DNA of 64,000 bases from Candidatus Borrarchaeum weybense (GTDB lineage: Archaea; Asgardarchaeota; Sifarchaeia; Borrarchaeales; Borrarchaeaceae), in contig JAHQJS010000004.1 in the NCBI GenBank assembly GCA_019057385.1, positions 980,727 to 1,044,726 on the forward strand, given 5' to 3'. Below are positions 50,173 to 61,385 of the stretch, in pieces. The position numbers and the translations under genes are program-made. Below the pieces are notes generated by a model. It made no database searches and was not told the DNA's origin. It worked only from the letters and a program-made list of their open reading frames with translations. Position 1 is the first letter of the stretch. Each line of letters starts with the position of its first letter.

Positions 50173-50639
50173 GTAATTCCCACTCTCCCACAAAACAAAC
50201 GGATGAACTCCAGTTTCTTATTAGAGTTATTTTCAAGAACTACTAAATAAATTATACGCCATGCTCATTATTGAATAATAATATGTCTGAGGGAAAATAG
50301 ATATAAAAGCCAAAGGTTGCAAATATCCACAATTTATCAAACACTTGAGTAGGTCTCTAAACTAGCGCGCGCTGAACTGTTCTTTTTTATTTTGAAAAGA
50401 GAGAGGTTCTATGTCTATCAATATTAAATCTATTTTTGGAAGATTATAAAAAGGGGTAGTTACACGAATTTTTCAATAAACAAAGCGCATTAAAGTGGTT
50501 TTATCTGAATTCTTTTAATAACTGATAAAATTAATTCACAATACTTATTCATGCCGCTTCACTACACAGATAAACTTGCTAATTTTACTCAACTTGTTCA
50601 ACAAGCTTGGAATTCGTCGAATAGATTTCCGATGTTTAT

Positions 50640-52247
50640 CTAATTGATGCTATAATCTATTCCTTTTTTCATTTCTTCTGGAATTTCTTTAACACAAAAC
50701 AATTTGATCATTCTTGCAGGACTATTCTTAATAGACCAATCATAAGGAGATGTAAGAAGAAATACATAATCTGATATATCTTGCAACCCACCTGCATAGT
50801 CATTTCCAGCAATAATGGAGAAAATTCTTCCCTTTTTTTCAGTTTTCCAATTCTGCCATTTTTGAATTAAGTTTTTGTCAGAGATTTCGGAAAGACCATC
50901 AGAAATAAAGAGAATATCTGCATATTCGAATTTTTTATCTTGAACTGAGTTTAGTCCCGAGGAAAGAGCCGTATTAAAATCTGTACCGCCACCAAAGGAG
51001 TAATTAAGAAAATCAAGGAATTCTCTAGCCATTCGTTCTTTATCGGTGAGTATTATCTCTGTAGTCTGGTTTTTTGAGGCAAATAAGATGATTTTAACAT
51101 CTCGTTTTTCTTTAAACATTTTTCTAACAACAGCAAGAATTATCGCCTTTGAGATATGTTCTGGTGACCCATGCATTGAACCAGACGTGTCAACAAGTGC
51201 TACAACAGGCCCTCGCTTAAGTATTTTGGGAGGCCCTCCAGTCCAATGCTTTCCACGTAATTGATAGGTAAGCAATCCTTTTTCAAGCCATTTTGCAAAA
51301 AAGACGTATTGTAAATAGTGATTTGATAACTTGATAAGCTCTATTGGTAAGAGTCTCGCAATGTCATTAGAAAGAGTAACACCAAAAAGTTCAGATGTAC
51401 TTCTAGGTGTTATTTCTAAAGTTTTTTCACCTTCTTCAAATTCTATTTTTCCTAATAGATCTATTATTCGTGTTAAATCGGCATTTTTTTCTAGTAACTC
51501 TGCATATTTTTCCAAGTTAGCAAAATAATGATGATATAAATCCATTATTGAAAAGTCCCATCTTCTGCCAGGGAAAAGCAATTGAAGGATTTTTAAGACC
51601 GTTTTATGTCTTCGCATCCATTCTAGAAGTTCTGCAAATTCATCTTTGTTCAATAAAAAATTAAAGAAATCTCCTTTTAGAGTATTATTCCTCAACGCTT
51701 CTGAGGAATCAAGAAATGCTTTAAGTAAATCTTCTTTTTGCTCGCGATCTTTAACATCATAGGAAATTTGTTCTATCGCTTTACCATTTAATTCTGTCAG
51801 AAGATCTTTGAAATCTTCAATTCTCCTATTCCATAATTGATACAAGAAGGTTAGTAGCTTTTGAAATTCTTCAATAATAGAATTAAACTCCACATTTTTT
51901 TCTGCTAATTCATCAGTTTCCTGTTTCTTTAAAAAACTAAAACGATTTAGAATGATAGGTAAAACCCTCTTCAACATTTCAGCAGAGACTACTTCGTTAG
52001 CACAGGTTTCTTTTTTTATCTCTTGCCATTCATTCCAGTTATGAAGTTCGTTAAGGATTAGATCAAAGTAGCCTAATCTTTCTCTAAATTTAGCCAAATC
52101 TTTTATTTCATATTTTGTGCCAGTATATAATTCATAAGCTAGGATTTCTGCAATTTCTTTTCTTTTTTTATATGGCATTATGTGTGGTTTGAAGATGATT
52201 TTTTTGATTTCATCAGTATTTTCAATGAGTTCGATCCATTTCTTCAA
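50640..52247 (-). CDS. vWA-domain protein (ViaA-like)
   Basis: DIARLLP.E, GPVVALVDTSGSM MIDAS, GGTDF, ISDG. Confidence 0.85.
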   Translation of the reverse strand: MKKWIELIENTDEIKKIIFKPHIMPYKKRKEIAEILAYELYTGTKYEIKDLAKFRERLGYFDLILNELHNWNEWQEIKKETCANEVVSAEMLKRVLPIILNRFSFLKKQETDELAEKNVEFNSIIEEFQKLLTFLYQLWNRRIEDFKDLLTELNGKAIEQISYDVKDREQKEDLLKAFLDSSEALRNNTLKGDFFNFLLNKDEFAELLEWMRRHKTVLKILQLLFPGRRWDFSIMDLYHHYFANLEKYAELLEKNADLTRIIDLLGKIEFEEGEKTLEITPRSTSELFGVTLSNDIARLLPIELIKLSNHYLQYVFFAKWLEKGLLTYQLRGKHWTGGPPKILKRGPVVALVDTSGSMHGSPEHISKAIILAVVRKMFKEKRDVKIILFASKNQTTEIILTDKERMAREFLDFLNYSFGGGTDFNTALSSGLNSVQDKKFEYADILFISDGLSEISDKNLIQKWQNWKTEKKGRIFSIIAGNDYAGGLQDISDYVFLLTSPYDWSIKNSPARMIKLFCVKEIPEEMKKGIDYSIN

Positions 52248-52302
52248 GTGAATTCCTCAAGAATCAAATTTATGAAAAAATGAGATGTTTGAAGGGTTCT
52301 TA

Positions 52303-53730
52303 TCAGTTATCAGCTTTATTATCTACTTCAAGAGCATTTTCAGATTCTTCTAATTTTTGCTCGATGTTAATTAAGTGTTCTTCGATTTCTTTCAATTTCT
52401 TGATTTTTTCATCATATTTACTTACAATTCGCTCTGTATCAATTAACCAGAAATTCGTCTCCAATAATCCTTTTAGAATATCTCGCTCCTTATCAACATC
52501 TCTTATGGATTTCTTGTAACTCTCCTTTAATTCTGTGTATTCCTTGATATATAATCGCAATTCTGATTTTCCAATAACTTTAATGTTTTCTTTTAGTCTA
52601 ATCGAATGCTTCGTCTCAATATGGGTAGCAAACGCAGTTCCACTAGCTCCAGTGCCACAATATGGGCATTCAAATCTGTGTTTTTCTCTTTTTGCATGGT
52701 CTATAATCTCATTTATGTTATTACTCGAAAAATTGCAATTATAACACTCTAAGGGCTCATCTAATTGGGTACTTGATTTTTCACCAATAAATTCAGATAA
52801 GTCTAAAATGCGATGTTCCAACTCATCAAGATTTATTCCCCTTGAGACAACTAATTTCTCAGCGTTTTCTTTTATTGCATTCTTTTGTTCAGGTTGTTCC
52901 CATATCATATGCGGAATTAGCAGTACCAATGTCGTATCAACAAGTTTCCTATCAAGAGCAGCCGCTCCAATTTTTAAGATGTTCACGATTTTCTTCCAGC
53001 GTCTATCTGAAACAACAAAGTTGTTTTTAATGAAATCCTTTCTAAGAACCTTGATTATTTCAATTACTTCTTCCGCAATTTCTATTTTCTTAGCAGATTC
53101 TCGTATCTCTAGAATTTCTTGAAGTGAAAGATTCTTAGAATGCCGAAATTCACCTGCGCCTTTTATGACGACATCGATAAAGTTAGCTTCTTCATGGATT
53201 GGTTCGATCAAATATCTAAACAAGAATCGATCATATAATGCCTCTAAATTCTCATTTTCTTCTGGAAGTTCATTAGATGCTCCAAAAATAGATAATAATG
53301 GCACTTTGACGATTTCTTTACCATTATGATACATTCTTTCATTTATTATAGTTAATAAGCAATTCAAAATAGAGCTATTTGCTTTAAAGATCTCATCTAA
53401 GAATGCAATATGCGCTGTGGGCAAATAGCCATCTATTTTTCTCTGAAAAATATCTTCTTGTAAGGCTTTAATGGACATCGGACCAAATATTTCTTCGGGA
53501 GTAGTAAATCTTGTTAATAGATATTGGAAAAATTGTGCATCTTGAATAACTTCACAGGCTCTTCTTGCCATGAGGCTTTTAGCCGTTCCTGGAGGACCAA
53601 GAAGAAGAACATGTTCACCAGCAAGCATTGCTAAAAGAGAACCTCTAACTGATTCAAAGCGTTCTTTGAAGTTTTGATCAAACTCCTGTATTACCCCTCT
53701 TATTTTTTCTGTTGTTTTAACTGTAGACAA
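52303..53730 (-). CDS. MoxR/RavA-family AAA+ ATPase with two C2H2 zinc fingers
   Basis: GPPGTAKS, FLDEIFKANS, ASNELP, ALYDRF, SDRRW; CYNC-X12-H-X5-H and CPYC-X11-H-X4-H. Confidence 0.85.
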   Translation of the reverse strand: MSTVKTTEKIRGVIQEFDQNFKERFESVRGSLLAMLAGEHVLLLGPPGTAKSLMARRACEVIQDAQFFQYLLTRFTTPEEIFGPMSIKALQEDIFQRKIDGYLPTAHIAFLDEIFKANSSILNCLLTIINERMYHNGKEIVKVPLLSIFGASNELPEENENLEALYDRFLFRYLIEPIHEEANFIDVVIKGAGEFRHSKNLSLQEILEIRESAKKIEIAEEVIEIIKVLRKDFIKNNFVVSDRRWKKIVNILKIGAAALDRKLVDTTLVLLIPHMIWEQPEQKNAIKENAEKLVVSRGINLDELEHRILDLSEFIGEKSSTQLDEPLECYNCNFSSNNINEIIDHAKREKHRFECPYCGTGASGTAFATHIETKHSIRLKENIKVIGKSELRLYIKEYTELKESYKKSIRDVDKERDILKGLLETNFWLIDTERIVSKYDEKIKKLKEIEEHLINIEQKLEESENALEVDNKADN

Positions 53731-53799
53731 TTTCTCACATCCTTTAATCGCAAAAAGTTTTCTTCATTGTCTATGTAAAAAATCAACAATCATTTTAAA

Positions 53800-53848
53800 T
53801 TATCTTTAAGTACCTTAATTATCTTTAATTATCGTTAATTATCTTTAA
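53800..53848. repeat. Five ~10-bp tandem direct repeats (TTATCTTTAA) upstream of the MoxR gene
   Basis: ttatctttaa gtaccttaa ttatctttaa ttatcgttaa ttatctttaa. Confidence 0.6.
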
Positions 53849-54209
53849 AAACCGTGTCATAGTTTTAAAGATATTTTCTATACTTGTTTAAAACCACTAG
53901 AAAAAGTTATTGTACTATTACGTTTGAATATTTACTAATAAGCACCGTATTATTTTCTAAATATACGTAAACGGCTTGTAAAAAATCGAAAACGTATATA
54001 TTGTAATTCTATCTTTAAATTTAAACTTTAATTATCTCCAATTTTGATCATATAAGCTATTTAACGTAATTTTATTGCCTTAATTTCTTTTTCTTCCATT
54101 TCTGAAATAATTTTTCGGTAATTACATTCATTGAAAAAATATGTGTGCAATTGAAGCGATATGTGTTCATTATTGAAAGGATATGTGTGCATCATCAAAC
54201 TTTTAGAGA

Positions 54210-55811
54210 TCAATTCTCAATGGATGTGATTATTCCTATCCCTTTTGTTCTCCCTTCACGAAATAGGATTTTTTGACCTTCCATAATGTATTCTGGCTTA
54301 TATTTAAAGCGAAATGTGACATTTGCTCTTTGACCAGTCCTTAACGGAGCTTCAGACATTTCAATTATTTTTGCGGTTTGTCGAACAGTATTAACGTGTA
54401 TTACAGCTTCATAACCCATTCTTATCGTTGTTGGATGATACAGAACGAAAACATTAGCTGAGAATGATCTAACTACTGGGATATCATTTCTCTGCGTCAA
54501 TATCATACCCTTACGCACATCATTATAATCAATGCCATGTAAAGCATATGTTCCACTTTGTCCAGCGTGTAAATGCTTGACGGGTACTCTTTTGTAATGA
54601 ATTGAACGGATCCTTGTTTCTTTGAATGGGTTTCCTCCTGAAAAGGGTCCAAGTTTTACAATGTCATTTGCATGAATTGTTCCTCGATTTATAGTACCGC
54701 TTACAACAGTTCCAACGCCTGAAACGCTGAATACTTCGTCGATATAAAGTAGGAACTCATCATCTTCGTATTCATCCCATTTCAAACGAGCAGGAACCAA
54801 GTTAAAAAAATTACGTAATAAGTCAAATCCTTCTCCAGTTACACAAGAAATCTTGAATATAGGTGCAACACGACCAGATGGAATGTGTTTCGAAGCAACA
54901 ACCATATCATCATAATTTTTAATAATCATAGGGATTTTATCAACGCCGGGTAATTTTAAAACTGATTTTACTTGATCCTGGGTTCTTTTTGTTATTTCTA
55001 GGTTAACTAAGTCGATTTTATTTATTACCACAATCATTGGAATTTTTAGAGCTGCTGAAACCCCAAGATGTTCCTTGGTCATTCGAAGAACGCCTGCATT
55101 AGCACCTATTACAAGGAGACTGTAATCTGGTGCATACCCTGCGAGTCCAAAAATCGTAGTTTTAAGATAACGTTCATGCCCAGCTAAATCAACGAATGAA
55201 ATAATTTTAGAACTATTTTCAACCACTTCGCTCATCGTTAATGGAGAAACTGAAGCAGAAGGTGAAGAATAATTAACAGTTCGCCCCTTCGCGTCAAATC
55301 CTAACACTTGATGCGAAACCGAACTTGTTCTACCACTTTCAATTTCATGTAGATGGCGAAGCACCTTTAATCTGGCAGATCCTCGCCCGTCATCTAAATC
55401 ATTAGAGATCAGACAGCCGATTATTGTACTTTTCCCAGAATCTACATTACCCACAGTATCAATTGTGATGTCAATTGGCAGATCTTCTGCGCCGATGATT
55501 CTCCGTATGAGATATTCTCCAACTTTCCCCTCTTCACCATCTCTTATACGTATTCGAGAAACTTGTGCGTTGATTAATGCTGCAATTTCTGTTAGAGTAT
55601 TTTCTGATTCTTCAAGTTCGGTTTCTGAGATTCCAATAAGCCTACCATCATCTTCTACGCCTATTAAGTAGATTGCCTCGCCGCCACCTTCACCAAGGCG
55701 AAAGTGCATTTGTGTAGCTAGACTATCTAATTTCTGCTGATTTGTTAGAAGATTCGTTAGAGTAAGTTTATATTCGACATTGCCTGTGTCAAGTTCTTTA
55801 GCTCTTTTCAA
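54210..55811 (-). CDS. GTPBP1/2-family translational GTPase
   Basis: GNVEYKL N-terminal domain, GNVDSGKST, HEIESGRTSS, DLAGHERYLKTT, NKID, FREGRTKG. Confidence 0.9.
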   Translation of the reverse strand: MKRAKELDTGNVEYKLTLTNLLTNQQKLDSLATQMHFRLGEGGGEAIYLIGVEDDGRLIGISETELEESENTLTEIAALINAQVSRIRIRDGEEGKVGEYLIRRIIGAEDLPIDITIDTVGNVDSGKSTIIGCLISNDLDDGRGSARLKVLRHLHEIESGRTSSVSHQVLGFDAKGRTVNYSSPSASVSPLTMSEVVENSSKIISFVDLAGHERYLKTTIFGLAGYAPDYSLLVIGANAGVLRMTKEHLGVSAALKIPMIVVINKIDLVNLEITKRTQDQVKSVLKLPGVDKIPMIIKNYDDMVVASKHIPSGRVAPIFKISCVTGEGFDLLRNFFNLVPARLKWDEYEDDEFLLYIDEVFSVSGVGTVVSGTINRGTIHANDIVKLGPFSGGNPFKETRIRSIHYKRVPVKHLHAGQSGTYALHGIDYNDVRKGMILTQRNDIPVVRSFSANVFVLYHPTTIRMGYEAVIHVNTVRQTAKIIEMSEAPLRTGQRANVTFRFKYKPEYIMEGQKILFREGRTKGIGIITSIEN

Positions 55812-56072
55812 AGAGTGATTCCCACCTCTTGACGTTTCTAAATGTCCAAGAGTTTATTTAAGTTCTCATTGCAATTCTCTGGGACTCTTATAGATCTATT
55901 TTTTATTCAGTGAATCTCCCATATCTTTTTTAAGATATATTAGATTATTACTTTTGTGAAGCTGTTGAGGTACTTCACATGATCGATAATTTTGTATGAG
56001 CTAATTATTCTTAAGTTTACCAACTTAATCAAAATAAAAAGCATAAACATGTATGTCTGTATAATATGAGGT

Positions 56073-57479
56073 TTGGCGATGATTGATATATTTCATGATA
56101 TGAGTTCATTAGAATGCTTCTTTGCACCAAAAAGCGTTGCAGTTATTGGTGCATCATCTACAATAGGCAAAATTGGCAATGTAATTTTTCAGAATTTTGC
56201 GATGGGGCAGTTTAAAGGAAAAGCATACCCTGTAAACCCTCGTTTAGATGAAATTATCGGAATAAAATGCTATGCGAGTGTCAAAGATATTCCAGAAGAA
56301 ATAGATTTAGCTGTTATTGCAATTCCTGCTAAATTTGTACCCCAAGTAATGCAAGAATGTGGCGAAAAAGGTGTTAAGTGCGTCATTGTCGTATCCGCAG
56401 GATTTGCTGAGATCGGGGGCGAGGGGATAATTCTTGAACAAGAGATAATACACCTCGCCAAAAAGTTTCACATGAGGCTGCTTGGTCCAAATTGCATTGG
56501 GGTGTTTGATTCCAATACCCATGTTGACACAATCTTTCTCCCGATCGTAAGGATGTCAAGACCAAATTCAGGTCCGATAGCAATTGTGAGTCAGAGCGGA
56601 GCGTTTATGAGTTCATTACTTGACTGGACTGCTGCAGAAGGATTAGGGCTGTCAAAAGCAATCAGTATAGGTAATAAAGCTGATGTTGACGAAAGTGATC
56701 TTGTAGAATATCTTGCAAACGATCCTTTGACTAAGGTTATAACTGCTTATTTAGAGAGCATTGAGAATGGTAATACATTTATTCGCGTTGCAAAGAAGGT
56801 GACGAAACAGAAACCTATAGTTCTTATGAAAGCCGGTAGGACAAAAGGAGGTGCTTCTGCCGCTGCCTCGCATACTGGTGCGTTAGCGGGTACCGATGAA
56901 GTAATTGATGCGGTGATCAGGCAATTAGGAATTCTCCGTGTCGAAAATTCTGAACAGATGCTCGATTTAGCAAATGCATTAGCCTTTCAACCATATGCAA
57001 AGGGTGATAGAATCCTGATTGTCACAAACGGAGGAGGAGCTGGTGTTATGTCTGTAGATAAACTAGAACAACTTGGTTTGAAGGTTCCGCTACTTTCTGA
57101 AGATGTACAACATCAGATGATGCAACATTATCCTCCTTATTGTGTTGCTCGTAATCCTGTTGATCTAACAGGGGATACTGACGCAGAGAGATATCGTATT
57201 GCCTTGGAACTGGGTCTTAAGTCTGACGAAATTGATGCAGCTTTAGTAATTCTCCTGTTTCAAACCCCTTCTCTAGAAATTGAAGCAGTGGAAGTTGTAC
57301 AGAACGCACAAAGATTCAAAAAACCTATTGTTGTTGCTTGCGTTGGGGGAGAACTGGCAGCTGTTTTCTCACGTAAATTGGAAAAATTCGACATACCTGT
57401 ATACCCAATCCCTGAACGTGCAGCTTTTGCAATGTGGGGACTCGTACAATATGGAAAATGGTTAAACCATGTTGACTGA
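56073..57479 (+). CDS. acdA: Acetate/acyl-CoA ligase (ADP-forming), alpha subunit
   Basis: P.SVAVIGAS, GPNCIG, SQSGA, SHTGALAG phospho-His, TNGGGAG, NPVDLTGD. Confidence 0.9.
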   Translation: MAMIDIFHDMSSLECFFAPKSVAVIGASSTIGKIGNVIFQNFAMGQFKGKAYPVNPRLDEIIGIKCYASVKDIPEEIDLAVIAIPAKFVPQVMQECGEKGVKCVIVVSAGFAEIGGEGIILEQEIIHLAKKFHMRLLGPNCIGVFDSNTHVDTIFLPIVRMSRPNSGPIAIVSQSGAFMSSLLDWTAAEGLGLSKAISIGNKADVDESDLVEYLANDPLTKVITAYLESIENGNTFIRVAKKVTKQKPIVLMKAGRTKGGASAAASHTGALAGTDEVIDAVIRQLGILRVENSEQMLDLANALAFQPYAKGDRILIVTNGGGAGVMSVDKLEQLGLKVPLLSEDVQHQMMQHYPPYCVARNPVDLTGDTDAERYRIALELGLKSDEIDAALVILLFQTPSLEIEAVEVVQNAQRFKKPIVVACVGGELAAVFSRKLEKFDIPVYPIPERAAFAMWGLVQYGKWLNHVD

Positions 57480-57607
57480 TTTTTTCAAAATTCTCATTTT
57501 CCATAAAAGTTTTTAATTGTAACTTTTAAGATGTACCCGAATGGTTATTTGAGGAAATACATGTGCATTAACTGCCGAACACAACAATTAACAGAGGAAA
57601 ACATACG

Positions 57608-58894
57608 TTGATTCGTCATAAGGAAGAAACCTTACCAAAACGAGAACTAAAAAAACTACAATTTAAAAGGCTAAAAGAAACTGTTTCAAGAGGCTATGAA
57701 GTGCCTTATTATCGCACGAAAATGAAGGAACACGGAATTACTCCTGATGAAATTCGTACGCTGGATGACATTCGCACCCTTCCATTTATGACAAAAGAAG
57801 ACTTTCGAAAAGCATTTCCGTTTGGGCTATTAGGGGTTCCGATAGAAAGGGTTGTTCGTATTCATGCGACGTCTGGTACCACAGGGACGCCTTCCACAGC
57901 GTTTTATACCGCGCAAGATATCGATACATGGACTGAACTCATTGCAAGAAACCTTACATCCATCGGAGTAACTGCTGCGGATAGATTTCAGAATACCGTT
58001 TCACATGGGTTATTTACTGGCGGAATGGGGTATTTACAAGGAGCTCAACGAGTTGGTGCCATGGTGATTCCTTTCGGTGGTGGAATGACGCTTAAACAAC
58101 TTGAGTTTATGAGAGATTTCAAAGTGACATCTTTTCATGCGATCCCAAGCTTTGGCTTGAAAATGGCGGAAACGGCAAAGAAGGAAGGCATTAGCGGTGA
58201 ACTATCCCTTAGAATAGGAATGTTAGGAGCAGAGAATTGGTCTGAAGGCACTCGAAAGAAAATTGAGGAAGGTCTTCAGATTGATGTATATGATAACTAT
58301 GGTCTAACAGAACTTGTTGGTCCTGGCGTATCTTGCGAATGTCCAGAAAAGAATGGAATGCATGTCTGGGAAGATCATTTTCTATTTGAAGTTCTTGATC
58401 CAGAAACAGATGAGTTATTAGGTCCTAATGAAGACGGAGAGATGGTCCTTACTGCGCTTACAAAAGAAGCGTTTCCCTGTATTCGCTTCAGAACGGGTGA
58501 TCTTTGCTCAGTATTAGAAGGAGATATTTGCGGATGTGGTAGAACTCATCAGAGGATTTCACGAATTAAAGGTAGAATTGATGATGGATTCATTATTAGA
58601 GGTGTGAATATCTTTCCAAAACAAATTGAAGAGGTCATTATGCAGTTTCCAGAGATTGGTTACAACTATTATATCAAATTATGGACAAAAGGGGTTATGG
58701 ATGAAATTACTGTATACGCTGAAACAAATAACTTTAATGATACACACGCTAGAATTGCTCTTCAGCGAGATATAACAAGAGCATTGTATGAAACTGTCAG
58801 AATTCGAGTTAATGTTGAACTTGTTGAAGAGGATGGGATACCTAGGCAAGAAGGTAAAGCAAAACGTCTTCTTGATGAAAGAGAAGAAAAATAA
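57608..58894 (+). CDS. paaK: Phenylacetate-CoA ligase family
   Basis: HATSGTTG, YGLTE, RFRTGD, GR.DD, GVNIFP, GKAKR. Confidence 0.88.
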   Translation: MIRHKEETLPKRELKKLQFKRLKETVSRGYEVPYYRTKMKEHGITPDEIRTLDDIRTLPFMTKEDFRKAFPFGLLGVPIERVVRIHATSGTTGTPSTAFYTAQDIDTWTELIARNLTSIGVTAADRFQNTVSHGLFTGGMGYLQGAQRVGAMVIPFGGGMTLKQLEFMRDFKVTSFHAIPSFGLKMAETAKKEGISGELSLRIGMLGAENWSEGTRKKIEEGLQIDVYDNYGLTELVGPGVSCECPEKNGMHVWEDHFLFEVLDPETDELLGPNEDGEMVLTALTKEAFPCIRFRTGDLCSVLEGDICGCGRTHQRISRIKGRIDDGFIIRGVNIFPKQIEEVIMQFPEIGYNYYIKLWTKGVMDEITVYAETNNFNDTHARIALQRDITRALYETVRIRVNVELVEEDGIPRQEGKAKRLLDEREEK

Positions 58895-58931
58895 TTAATA
58901 GATCTGTTTTCTAAAGCACTTTTTTACTTTT

Positions 58932-60494
58932 CTATTTTCTTGAATGTTTTTTGAGTGCTTTTGCTAGATTATTTTTAGCATTACTGTGATTTGGATCAAT
59001 CTTCAGGGCAGTTTCATAACAATCAATCTCTTTAGAATATTCTCCTAATTCTCCATAGGTAACACCCATACTGAACCACGCATCTAGAAACTCAGGGTTG
59101 AGTTCCACGGCTTTGTTGAAGAAATCAATCGCTCTATTATGAGCTCCCAACTTTCTGACGGTATTTCCCATATTATTCCATGCTTTTGCGTATTCTGGAT
59201 TTAGTTCCACAGCTTTTCGGTAGCATTTTATTGCATTATTGTAGTCATTTAAAATTCCGCAAATTATGCCCATGTTAAAATACGTTTTTTCATGCGGATT
59301 GATGTCTGCAGCTTTCTGATATGTTTCAATAGCGTTATTATACTCTCCTAAAATCCCATAAACCAATCCCATGTTAAGATATGCATTTTCATCATGAAGT
59401 TTTATGTTTAAAACTCTTTGATAGCAATCGATAGCCTTATCGAATTCGCCTAACTCTCTATAAATTCCACCCATATTGAACCATACATCTGCATCCGCAG
59501 GGTTAACGTTCACTACTTTTCGATAGGCGTGAATTGCGTTGCTGTATTCATGTAACTCTCCATAAGTCAATCCCAAGTGGTACCATGTGTCCTTATCATC
59601 TTCATTGATGGCTACTACTTTCTGAAAAGCAGTTATCGCGTCTCTATACTCTCCTATCATTTCATAATGAACACCTAAATTGTACCATGCTTCTATATCT
59701 CCAGGATTTGATTCTACTACCTTTTTTGTGCATTCAATGACTTTTTCATGCTTTCCTAGCCTCTGATAACATTCTATAGCCTTTCTATACTTTTTTAATT
59801 TCTCATAAGCTATTGCCATATAGTTTAAAGCCTCTGCGCTGTCAGGGTTGATGTTCAATGCATTCTGGTAGCATACAATAGCCTTAAAAAAATTATTTAA
59901 ATTTTCATAGGCAACGCCCGTTTGAATCCATGCATCAGTGTAAGTTGGTTTTATTTCCACGGCTTTTTGATATACTTCAATTGCTTTATTGTACTCTCCC
60001 ATATCATTGTAAATCCATCCCAAGCTAAACCATATTTTTGTATCATTCGGGTTGATGTTCAAAGCTTTTTGATAGCACTCAATCGCTTTTTTTAAGTGCT
60101 GACTTTCGTGTGCTAACCCAACTTTGTATTTGTCTAGCTTTTCATAAGCTAATCCCATGTTGTATAATGCACCAGTATGCTTTGAGTTGATTTTCAATGC
60201 TTTCTGATAGCAGTCGATTGCCTTCTTATACTCACCTAACTTGAAGTATGCTACCCCCATGTTGATCCATGCCGCAATATGTTTGAACTTGATTCTTACA
60301 ACTCCTTGATAAGATTCGATCGCCTTCTCATATTCTTCCAATGCAAGGTATGCTTTTCCCATACCGACCCATGCTTGAAAGCTTATATTTCTTGGATCGG
60401 ATTTCACAGCCCTTTCATAGTCTTCAATGGCTTTTCTGTATTGTCCTCTGCTATGATAAACTTTGCCTCTTCTTATGTAGTTTTCTGCTTCCAT
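58932..60494 (-). CDS. Tetratricopeptide-repeat protein (~14 TPRs)
   Basis: Repeated W.NMG..Y..L..Y..AI..Y.KA..INP. Confidence 0.9.
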   Translation of the reverse strand: MEAENYIRRGKVYHSRGQYRKAIEDYERAVKSDPRNISFQAWVGMGKAYLALEEYEKAIESYQGVVRIKFKHIAAWINMGVAYFKLGEYKKAIDCYQKALKINSKHTGALYNMGLAYEKLDKYKVGLAHESQHLKKAIECYQKALNINPNDTKIWFSLGWIYNDMGEYNKAIEVYQKAVEIKPTYTDAWIQTGVAYENLNNFFKAIVCYQNALNINPDSAEALNYMAIAYEKLKKYRKAIECYQRLGKHEKVIECTKKVVESNPGDIEAWYNLGVHYEMIGEYRDAITAFQKVVAINEDDKDTWYHLGLTYGELHEYSNAIHAYRKVVNVNPADADVWFNMGGIYRELGEFDKAIDCYQRVLNIKLHDENAYLNMGLVYGILGEYNNAIETYQKAADINPHEKTYFNMGIICGILNDYNNAIKCYRKAVELNPEYAKAWNNMGNTVRKLGAHNRAIDFFNKAVELNPEFLDAWFSMGVTYGELGEYSKEIDCYETALKIDPNHSNAKNNLAKALKKHSRK

Positions 60495-60758
60495 CTCTGT
60501 GACTACTCCCTTGACTTTTGCACGTATTTGTTATAATTAAGTATTTTGGTTAACATTGTCAGAAAATTTCCCAAAGTAAAACTACGGGCACACAACACAA
60601 TAAGGTAAATAATCTTTAAAGGATTGACAAATTGGAAGAATTGAAAGTTAAATTGAACCGTTTAAACGCTTTAAAAGACTGAGTACGAAAAGTCTTTATA
60701 GGTTTAATAAGTGTAATGACCATACAAAAAAATCAGTTAGGTTTTGGTTTGAAGTCTG

Positions 60759-61319
60759 ATGATACATAATATACTTTTGGTTAAAAATGAACGTTGTATA
60801 TTCAACTACAAAACGGGAACGAAGAAGAGTTTAGATGAAGTTATGTTTTCGGGTTTACTTGACACTATGTTTCAATTGGGACGTGTAGTATTAGAAAAAA
60901 GAAAAATCAATAAGATATCATTTCACGATGTTCGAGCAGCTTTTCAACCACTCAGTAGTGAAATCGTCATTGGTATTGTTGAAGATGCTGAAAATGATTT
61001 AAACACAAGCGACGGTACAGATTTACTTTTGAAAGAAATCTCAACAGCTCTCTATCCAATTATCTCGATTCTTGAGCAAAAAAGGATCAATCCAGAAGCA
61101 ATTGAAAAAATTCCTTGGATAGAGCAAGAGATTACAGCAGCTCTTGAGAAAGCAATTTATAAGATTCCTTGCCCGTATTTGAAAAAGAAAAGAATTGGAA
61201 ACCACTGCAATTTCATCAAGGGATCGATTGGGGGAAAATTTGTAAATGATATTTGCAACTTACGTGATGTAAGTAACTGTCAGTATCTTAAAGATGAGTC
61301 ATACTATAATGAAAACTAG
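60759..61319 (+). CDS. Longin-like domain protein with C-terminal Cys cluster
   Basis: MIHNILLV...DEVMFSGLL..MFQLG...I.KI pattern of Asgard longin-like domains; CPY..HC...IC..C. Confidence 0.55.
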   Translation: MIHNILLVKNERCIFNYKTGTKKSLDEVMFSGLLDTMFQLGRVVLEKRKINKISFHDVRAAFQPLSSEIVIGIVEDAENDLNTSDGTDLLLKEISTALYPIISILEQKRINPEAIEKIPWIEQEITAALEKAIYKIPCPYLKKKRIGNHCNFIKGSIGGKFVNDICNLRDVSNCQYLKDESYYNEN

Positions 61320-61385
61320 ACTATTCATTAAAGATTCTTTTTATAATAACAAATAGTAATTTCTTTGTTTTATCATGTCCTTTAG

